From Candidatus Magasanikiibacteriota bacterium (lineage in GTDB: Bacteria; Patescibacteriota; Patescibacteriia; Magasanikbacterales; GWA2-37-8), in NCBI GenBank assembly GCA_041665405.1, contig JBAYIZ010000004.1, positions 3,958 through 67,957 of the forward strand: 64,000 nt of DNA. The letters are read 5' to 3'. This document shows positions 27,865 through 34,562 of the stretch, in pieces. The notes under the pieces were generated by a model. The model worked only from the letters and a program-made list of their open reading frames with translations, was not told the DNA's origin and ran no database searches. Every line of letters starts with the position of its first letter. The first letter of the stretch is position 1. The position numbers and the translations under genes were made by a program.

Positions 27865-27892
27865 GTTTGCCTACCGTCTCGGTAGGGTCTAC
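27865..27892 (+). repeat. 28-bp repeat, copy 6
   Basis: Exact match. Confidence 0.95.
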
Positions 27893-27984
27893 TAATCAAA
27901 AAACCAGATCTAAAATTGTCTGGTTTTTTTGTATAAAAATAAAAATGTGCTAAAATATACAGTATTATAAATTTAATATAATTT

Positions 27985-28348
27985 ATGCAACTACCAAATA
28001 ATTTAACCGAAAATACTCAAATCGCGATTTTCAAAGGAAAAGAAATTAGGAAAACTATTTATCAGGGGGAATGGTGGTTTGTTATAGTTGATGTGATAGA
28101 GGCACTTACTGATTCGGTAAATCCAAAACAGTATTTGAAGAATATGCTTAATAGAGATACTGAACTTACCAAAGGGTGGGTTCAAATTGAACGCCCCCTT
28201 GGAAATTAACAGAACTGAAAATTCAAAAGGTGTAGCAAAATTAAAAAGTGATGCCAAAGCCGGTGGTGATATCGCTGGCGGAGCAAGGAAGAAATTGGAA
28301 AAACGCCTTGGCCGATCGATTGTGACAAAGAGGAATTTTATTAAATGA
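27985..28348 (+). pseudogene. Bro-N (phage antirepressor-like) pseudogene with an internal deletion/frameshift
   Basis: N-terminus IAIFKGKEIRKTIYQGEWWFVIVDVIEALTDS; after ~28200 another frame gives the family-type C-terminus EINRTENSKGVAKLKSDAKAGGDIAGGARKKLEKRLGRSIVTKRNFIK*. Confidence 0.72.
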
Positions 28349-28367
28349 AATGGCCTACAAATTTAAT

Positions 28368-28396
28368 TTGACAAACAAAAAATAGAATGTTAAGCT
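28368..28396 (+). promoter_or_regulatory. Promoter of the leader-peptide/tRNA-Asn unit
   Basis: TTGACA-17 bp-TAAGCT with TG extension. Confidence 0.65.
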
Positions 28397-28404
28397 AAAT
28401 ACAT

Positions 28405-28458
28405 ATGATTAAATTGTTCACCAACAATAATTGCAATAATAATTCCCTTTGCGGGTGA
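28405..28458 (+). CDS. Asn-rich leader peptide MIKLFTNNNCNNNSLCG
   Basis: ATG a few nt after the predicted TSS; six Asn codons in two triplets; stop codon lies within the antiterminator arm. Confidence 0.6.
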   Translation: MIKLFTNNNCNNNSLCG

Positions 28459-28477
28459 GTTTTGTTTTTTATAAGAT

Positions 28478-28506
28478 AAAACTTCCCGCGATTGGGAAGT
28501 TTTTTT
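28478..28506 (+). terminator. Intrinsic terminator (attenuator) immediately before tRNA-Asn
   Basis: AAAACTTCCC-GCGATT-GGGAAGTTTTTTT. Confidence 0.75.
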
Positions 28507-28508
28507 AT

Positions 28509-28580
28509 TCCTGGGTAGTTGAGTGGTACAACGCCACGCTGTTAACGTGGATATCCTTGGTTCGAATCCAAGCCCAGGAG
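28509..28580 (+). tRNA. tRNA-Asn(GTT)
   Basis: Acceptor TCCTGGG/CCCAGGA, anticodon arm CCACG-CTGTTAA-CGTGG, T-arm CTTGG-TTCGAAT-CCAAG. Confidence 0.95.
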
Positions 28581-28695
28581 CGAACAAAGTGAGCGAAAGA
28601 CAGTAGCACACTCGCGTGCGCTACGTTTGGATGAGAAGTTTATGCCCCGAGGGGTAAATCCAAGCCCAGGAGCGAACAAAGTGAGCGAAAGACAG
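28565..28695 (+). repeat. 39-bp direct repeat containing the tRNA-Asn 3' end (28565-28603 and 28657-28695)
   Basis: AATCCAAGCCCAGGAGCGAACAAAGTGAGCGAAAGACAG twice, 92 bp apart. Confidence 0.9.
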
Positions 28696-28707
28696 GAGCG
28701 CACATAA

Positions 28708-29652
28708 TTATTTAATCCCGCAATGTTGTTTTAGTTGCAAAATATCTTCTGGTAATAATTTTTCATTAATACCATTATTCAAATAATACATCATCGCTTT
28801 GGTGCTAGACACATGCTCCAAACCCAGAGCATGGCCGAGTTCGTGTGCCAACACTCGCACCAGTTTGTTGTTGTCATCAAATTGATAAATGTTGATTTCT
28901 TGACCAGCCGCCGAGCTTTTGTATGAACCTTCTTCAAATTCTTCGCCTCGACTAGATCCAATAGTGTTGTAGTGGTCTACTGATAAATTGAGAGTTTGGG
29001 CTAAATTATTGAGTGTATTTGCGAGTGCGTTTATCTCGTCTATTTTGTTGTTGAAAATATTTTGTTGAGTTTCAAAATTGGCTAGTAGTTGGTTAAGTGC
29101 GATCTCTTTAGAGTGAATGCTCTCAATTTCTGCGGGTGAAGCACCACCTTTGCGGTTTAAATTTTTTATTTCCGCATTGTAAATAGTGATGCGACGATCC
29201 AGTTCGGCACCTAGTTTATCTAAATTTGTTTTGTCTGTTTGATATGATTTTTGTAGAGATGCGAATTGGGTTTTTAATTTGTCATAAGTGGCCTGATCAT
29301 TTTTTACCACGATACCCAGTTGTTTTAATTTCAAAGTAGTATCTTGACGATAATCATAAATTAAATTTATTTTCAAAGTACCATTGGGCGCGTATTCAAA
29401 AAGATTCAGACCACTTGGTTTTTCCCAAATTTGTTCAGCTGATGTGATTGCCGTTAATAAATTTTTTTGGCTAATGCCGAAATGTTGGTCAACCTCACCA
29501 AGTTGATAGGTGATTGGCTCTTGGCAGGGGAGAAAGCGTTGGTAAAAATGATTTTTAAGGTTTGGTAAATCATCACGAAAAAAATAGGCCAAACCGCCAA
29601 GCATAGATATAATAATTAACCAGTTTATGATTTGGTAAAAATTTTTATTCAT
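28708..29652 (-). CDS. Matrixin/M10 family zinc metalloprotease with coiled-coil insert
   Basis: HELGHALGLEH plus Met-turn (AMMY); N-terminal TM. Confidence 0.82.
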   Translation of the reverse strand: MNKNFYQIINWLIIISMLGGLAYFFRDDLPNLKNHFYQRFLPCQEPITYQLGEVDQHFGISQKNLLTAITSAEQIWEKPSGLNLFEYAPNGTLKINLIYDYRQDTTLKLKQLGIVVKNDQATYDKLKTQFASLQKSYQTDKTNLDKLGAELDRRITIYNAEIKNLNRKGGASPAEIESIHSKEIALNQLLANFETQQNIFNNKIDEINALANTLNNLAQTLNLSVDHYNTIGSSRGEEFEEGSYKSSAAGQEINIYQFDDNNKLVRVLAHELGHALGLEHVSSTKAMMYYLNNGINEKLLPEDILQLKQHCGIK

Positions 29653-29804
29653 ATTATTTATATTATACCACAAATTGGCAATTGGTTGGTTATATAGAGG
29701 TATGGGTATGGAGTTTTGAGTTTGCTATTGACTGATTTTTTGATAGGGTATACACTTAAATCATTAAACAAGTATTTAATTAATTAACTATTTAACATAA
29801 CTAT

Positions 29805-30155
29805 ATGTTAAGCAAACAAGAGCTTCAAAAAAACCGGGAAATACTCAGTGAAGCGGACAAAAGTATGGCCGCGACATTCAAAGTGCTTAGCGATGTGAAT
29901 CGCTATCGGATTTTTCGTATTCTTGTAGAACAGCCAAAGCTCACAGTGAGCGCCATTGCCTTGATTTTAGACATTTCTTTACCACTAGCATCGCAACATC
30001 TCAAAATTTTGGTGCAGGCCAATCTACTCAAAAAAGTGCGTGAAGGTAAAAAAGTTTTTCCAAAAATTAAACAGACCAATCCGTTCGTCCCGGCTATCCT
30101 TAAAACCATTAAACATGCTTATAAATTACGAAATAAAATAAACACAGAAATATAA
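29805..30155 (+). CDS. ArsR/SmtB family regulator
   Basis: FKVLSDVNRYRI, ASQHLKIL wHTH. Confidence 0.85.
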   Translation: MLSKQELQKNREILSEADKSMAATFKVLSDVNRYRIFRILVEQPKLTVSAIALILDISLPLASQHLKILVQANLLKKVREGKKVFPKIKQTNPFVPAILKTIKHAYKLRNKINTEI

Positions 30156-30215
30156 AATATTTGATTAGTATCTCGTTCATTAAAAATTAAATTTATTAAG
30201 TAACACAAAAGAAAT

Positions 30216-31493
30216 ATGAGAAAGTTTAACAAGACATTGATAATATCATTGGCAGTTTCATTAGTACTTGGTCTCATTGGGCCAGTTACAGTGTTCGCGG
30301 CTAACCCATCAGCAGTAAATCTTGGCACAGCTGGTAACTATACAATTTTATCAAAAACCGGAATTTCAACTACCGGTGTGACTTCAGTTGTTGGAGATAT
30401 TGGAGTTAGCCCCGTGGCCGCTACGGCGATCACCGGATTTGCTTTGACTCTTCCAGCAGCCGGTGCTTTTTCCACTTCAGCTCAGGTAACTGGAAAAGTA
30501 TACGCGCCTGGTTATGCCAATCCAACTCCTGCCAATCTCACCACCGCAATTAATGATATGCAAACCGCTTATACCAGCGCCATGGGACAAGCACCGACTG
30601 TTACTGAACTTGGCGCAGGAAATATTGGTGGCCTCACACTTGTCTCTGGTGTTTACAAATGGGGTACTGGTCTAGCCATACCAACCGATGTGACTCTTTC
30701 TGGTTCAGCCAACGATGTGTGGATTTTTCAAGTAGCTCAAAATTTAAATCTTAGTCCTGCAAAAAAAATTATTTTAAGTGGGGGAGCTCAGGCCAGTAAT
30801 ATTTTCTGGGTTGTGGGTGGACAAACCACTATCGGCACAACCGCTGTTTTTAATGGAAATATTTTGGATCAAACAGCCATCGTCTTGAATACCGGTGCAG
30901 TATTAAACGGCCGAGCTTTGGCTCAGACCGCAGTAACTTTGGATTCAAATGTTGTTAGTGCATCAGCTTCGGCAGGTGCAACACCGGCGACACCAGCGAT
31001 TCCGGCAATACCAGCGGTTCCTGTAATTCCCGCGTTACCAGTCGTTTCTGTAATTGGTACAATTACTTCTACCACTTCTACAATTCCAGTAATCCCAGCC
31101 ACCCCCGCTATCCCAGCTACTCCAGCGGTTCCAGCAACACCAATCAATCCATCTGCTCAAAATCAAAATAATCAAGTTCCAACCTATTCACTTGAAGCGC
31201 AAGTAATATTACAAGATGCAGTTGCTCAAAACACAGGTACTCACCAAATTCAAAAATTTGTTAGAAATCTTGGACAAAGAAACAGCGGGGAAGATGTAAG
31301 AACTTTACAACAATTTTTGATTGATCAAAATAATGGTAAGGCCGCTCAAGTTTTAAATAGAGTTGGCGCGACTGCATATTTTGGTCCGTTAACTCGCGCG
31401 GCTTTGGCAGAATTTCAGGCGAAAGTTGGTATCAAACCAGCGTGGGGAAATTTTGGCCCAATCACTCGTGCTTATTTAATCGCAAATTTTTAA
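30216..31493 (+). CDS. Ice-binding-like protein (DUF3494) with Pro/Ala linker and C-terminal peptidoglycan-binding-like domain
   Basis: VNLGTAGNYTILSKTGIST, GVYKW, VWIFQ, GGAQASNIFWVV, NGRALAQTAVTLD; YFGPLTRAALAEFQ. Confidence 0.85.
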   Translation: MRKFNKTLIISLAVSLVLGLIGPVTVFAANPSAVNLGTAGNYTILSKTGISTTGVTSVVGDIGVSPVAATAITGFALTLPAAGAFSTSAQVTGKVYAPGYANPTPANLTTAINDMQTAYTSAMGQAPTVTELGAGNIGGLTLVSGVYKWGTGLAIPTDVTLSGSANDVWIFQVAQNLNLSPAKKIILSGGAQASNIFWVVGGQTTIGTTAVFNGNILDQTAIVLNTGAVLNGRALAQTAVTLDSNVVSASASAGATPATPAIPAIPAVPVIPALPVVSVIGTITSTTSTIPVIPATPAIPATPAVPATPINPSAQNQNNQVPTYSLEAQVILQDAVAQNTGTHQIQKFVRNLGQRNSGEDVRTLQQFLIDQNNGKAAQVLNRVGATAYFGPLTRAALAEFQAKVGIKPAWGNFGPITRAYLIANF

Positions 31494-31535
31494 TTAAAAC
31501 AAAAATATATAATAGATTATTAATTAATAAACCGT

Positions 31536-31865
31536 ATGGAAAATAAATTTAAAAAAGGATTGATCTTGGGTGGAATATTGGCAGTGGTGGCCGCGGTCGG
31601 ATTGGCCAAAACGAAAGAAGGACAATATCTTACCGATGAATTACAAAATGATCTCAAGGTGTTGGTAAAACACTTGAAAAAAAATCTACACAATTCAGAA
31701 GATGAAACCAAAGAAGGTTTTCACAACCTCGTAGACACCATCGTTGAGGAATATGCGAAAACTAAAGAGCTAACCATTGAAGCAAAAAACGCGCTTATAA
31801 GCGAATTGAGAGGAAAATGGGACGAAATGGAAGCAGAATATGTAGCTGAGCAAGATAAAAAATAG
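31536..31865 (+). CDS. Hypothetical protein (YtxH-like: N-terminal TM plus helical tail)
   Basis: FKKGLILGGILAVVAA then charged helices. Confidence 0.55.
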   Translation: MENKFKKGLILGGILAVVAAVGLAKTKEGQYLTDELQNDLKVLVKHLKKNLHNSEDETKEGFHNLVDTIVEEYAKTKELTIEAKNALISELRGKWDEMEAEYVAEQDKK

Positions 31866-31869
31866 TTTT

Positions 31870-32439
31870 ATGAATAAAAAAATTTTATTTCTATCTGCTT
31901 TTATACTCCCATTGTTGACAATGGGAGTGGGGTGCAGTCAATCTCCAGTCGATCAAACCCCAACCACTACACTCACTCCGGTCGTGACTCAGCCGATTGC
32001 TAAGCCGGTTGATCAAACCACCAATTGGAAAACATATACCAACAAAGAACTCGGGTTTACATTAAAGATGCCCGCTGATGTATCTGTGGACAAAGTTTTC
32101 AATGACAAAGACAATCGCTTGGTTCTATTCAAGAGCGCAAAAGAAAATTTTGAAGTTCGTATTATCAGAGACAATCTTGCCACCATGGATGAGTATTATT
32201 ATCTAGGATTTCCAATTTCTTACAAATCCTCTCTAGGTGGACAAGTAGCCAATGTATATGAAGCGCCACAAGGATATTGTGATGGCCCAGGATGTAGTAG
32301 CTCGTTTATTGCATATTCAACACAAAGAGGTGATGATTTTTATAGTCTGGTTTTTAAGGACATAAAAACAATTAACGCGACTGAAAAAAATATTATTTCT
32401 TCTTTCGAATTTATTTCGGAAGATATTTTACAACCATAA
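31870..32439 (+). CDS. Lipoprotein, PsbP-like fold candidate
   Basis: MGVGC lipobox; WKTYTNKELGFTLKMP. Confidence 0.6.
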   Translation: MNKKILFLSAFILPLLTMGVGCSQSPVDQTPTTTLTPVVTQPIAKPVDQTTNWKTYTNKELGFTLKMPADVSVDKVFNDKDNRLVLFKSAKENFEVRIIRDNLATMDEYYYLGFPISYKSSLGGQVANVYEAPQGYCDGPGCSSSFIAYSTQRGDDFYSLVFKDIKTINATEKNIISSFEFISEDILQP

Positions 32440-32657
32440 TGAAAAAAGAAGATGTAATCAATTTATCGAGAGAATTATTCAAGATTCGGATATCATCCTC
32501 AAATGAGGGTCTTTCTCAAAATGATGGCACCCACAAATTGACAGTTGAAGGTATTACTTTTTATAACCATGAAACAATAGAAAAGTGGTATAAAGAAGCA
32601 ATCGGAACAGCTGAGGTTATTATAGGTATTGAAGAAGAGTATTTAAAAATTATTTGA
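32439..32657 (+). CDS. Hypothetical protein
   Basis: Start overlaps the upstream stop (TAATG). Confidence 0.45.
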   Translation: MKKEDVINLSRELFKIRISSSNEGLSQNDGTHKLTVEGITFYNHETIEKWYKEAIGTAEVIIGIEEEYLKII

Positions 32658-32664
32658 TTGTTGT

Positions 32665-33336
32665 ATGAAAAGCAAAATTTTGATCGCATGGATAGTCGCT
32701 GGCTTATTTTTTGTTGTTTTTGCAGTATTCGCACAAAGAAAACCATCTCAACAATCAGAAAATACAATTGAGCCAAAATTTTCGTTTACCACACAAACGG
32801 TTCAATTACTTCAAAGTGGATTTGATATTAAGGAAATTTCAAAACCAGATTTAATTCTTCCAAAAGACATAAATGAAGGTCAAATAAAAAAATATTTTAA
32901 AATTGATAATATTTTATTTGCGCTTGTTCTTCGTAGTTCAACAAATGTAGTTTTATCACTGCCAGCCAATTTTACTACTTCGTTTTCAGGTGTTCTTGTC
33001 GCAAAACAAGGAGACGCGCGATGGTTTAAATTGTTGGAAATTACAGATGTGGAGACAATGAGTAAAAATAATCCTTACTACTTGGTAGTAGATAATAAAG
33101 AATTGTTATTAACTGTGGTCGATCAAAATGGTGCCGGTTCTGGAGAAGGTATGATGAAAGTTTACGCGTTGTCTGAAACAACAAATTGGGGGTTGGAAGG
33201 TTGTTTTTACTTTGGCGCGAGTTATAACGACCTTTTAACCGACGGAGATTATTTTGCTTTTTCAACCATATTTTCAAAGCAGGTACCCCAAGCAATTAGA
33301 TTATGTAATAGTGTTAAATTAATTTCTAACGAATAA
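32665..33336 (+). CDS. Hypothetical exported protein
   Basis: N-terminal TM; DQNGAGSGEG motif. Confidence 0.6.
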   Translation: MKSKILIAWIVAGLFFVVFAVFAQRKPSQQSENTIEPKFSFTTQTVQLLQSGFDIKEISKPDLILPKDINEGQIKKYFKIDNILFALVLRSSTNVVLSLPANFTTSFSGVLVAKQGDARWFKLLEITDVETMSKNNPYYLVVDNKELLLTVVDQNGAGSGEGMMKVYALSETTNWGLEGCFYFGASYNDLLTDGDYFAFSTIFSKQVPQAIRLCNSVKLISNE

Positions 33337-33340
33337 ATGT

Positions 33341-33895
33341 ATGATTAATAAAAATTTAATTTTGTGGATAGTTGGAGGAATTTTGGTCTTGGTGGTTGTT
33401 GGTTTGGTCAGTGCCAAAATATTTACTCGTGAAGACAGCTTGGTTTCTCAGGGAGAACCAATTGTTGTACAACCAGTTTCCACAGAAGTAGCCGAAGTGG
33501 TGCAATACCAAACAGTAAAAGTTTTTTTCAATAATATTATATTTGATCCTGGTTTAATGGATTGTGCCAGTGTGTATCCGGTAAATCGTGCCATCAAACC
33601 TACTCTCGCGGTCGGACGAGCCGCCTTGGAAGAATTGTTTCGAGGTTTAGTTGCAGGTGAAAGTGAATTGGGATATTTGACTAATTTAAACACTGGAGTA
33701 AAAATTCAAAAATTGACTATTGAAAACGGAATCGCTAAAGTTGATTTTTCCGAAGAATTACAGAGTGGAGTAGGTGGATCATGCAAAGTTACAGCCATCC
33801 GTTCTCAAATTACTCAAACTTTGAAACAATTTCCTACTGTGCGAGAAGTTATTATTTCTATTGATGGTAATATAGAAGATATCCTACAACCTTAA
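33341..33895 (+). CDS. GerMN domain protein
   Basis: AALEELFRG, AKVDFS, QITQTLKQFPTVREVIISIDG. Confidence 0.82.
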   Translation: MINKNLILWIVGGILVLVVVGLVSAKIFTREDSLVSQGEPIVVQPVSTEVAEVVQYQTVKVFFNNIIFDPGLMDCASVYPVNRAIKPTLAVGRAALEELFRGLVAGESELGYLTNLNTGVKIQKLTIENGIAKVDFSEELQSGVGGSCKVTAIRSQITQTLKQFPTVREVIISIDGNIEDILQP

Positions 33896-33921
33896 TTATT
33901 ATATATTTTTAATTGATGTTT

Positions 33922-34410
33922 ATGAATAAAAAAATTGCATTTCTTTTGATTTTAGTTGCCCCATTTTTAATAATGGGAGTTGGATGTAGCCAAGAACAAC
34001 CAAACCAATCAATCCGGTTAAATCAACCAACACAACCAACCCAAACTCAAATTTCGTATTATTTTACTGGTGGTGTGGCAGATGTATCAAATTTTTGTGA
34101 TGGTGAGAAAATGGATAGTGCTAGTTATAAAGCTGCTATAACAAAAAGGGTAGTTCAGATTGTAACGGGCAATTTAACTACAGAAGAGAAGATTAAAACA
34201 ACATTGAGCTTGGCCGCTGACGCGGAATTATTTGATCAAACATACACTCGCATCGCCAGAACTGTATTTGAAAATGGCATTGTGACTATGCACTCTGCGG
34301 ATGGTTGGGCCGGTTCGTCCATATTTTATTGTGGTTGGAAGCCATTTGTAGAAAAAAACTTGGAACAATTTCAGGAGGTAAAAAGAATTGAATGGGTGTC
34401 TGAGGATTAG
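33922..34410 (+). CDS. Lipoprotein, hypothetical
   Basis: MNKK...MGVGC lipobox. Confidence 0.6.
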   Translation: MNKKIAFLLILVAPFLIMGVGCSQEQPNQSIRLNQPTQPTQTQISYYFTGGVADVSNFCDGEKMDSASYKAAITKRVVQIVTGNLTTEEKIKTTLSLAADAELFDQTYTRIARTVFENGIVTMHSADGWAGSSIFYCGWKPFVEKNLEQFQEVKRIEWVSED

Positions 34411-34429
34411 AAGGTATTTAATATTGGAG

Positions 34430-34459
34430 AACAGTTTACAATTTGTAGACTGTTTTTTT
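34430..34459 (+). terminator. Intrinsic terminator
   Basis: AACAGTTTACA-ATT-TGTAGACTGTTTTTTT. Confidence 0.6.
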
Positions 34460-34562
34460 GTTGTTTAATAAAGCATTTGTCCCATTTTTCTTAAAGTGGT
34501 ATAATGATTAAGGAAGAAGATTTTGTTTCATTTTTTAATAAATTTTTATTTAATATGAATTT

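Noticed and set aside
20703-27892. 28-bp palindromic repeats as a CRISPR array
   Set aside because: Intervals are 0.5-3.4 kb and contain whole genes; no cas genes in the window.
20703-27892. Classical integron attC sites or Xer dif/pdif sites
   Set aside because: No RYYYAAC...GTTRRRY boxes, too short and too sequence-identical for attC, and no intI; no resemblance to the XerD arm TTATGTTAAAT.
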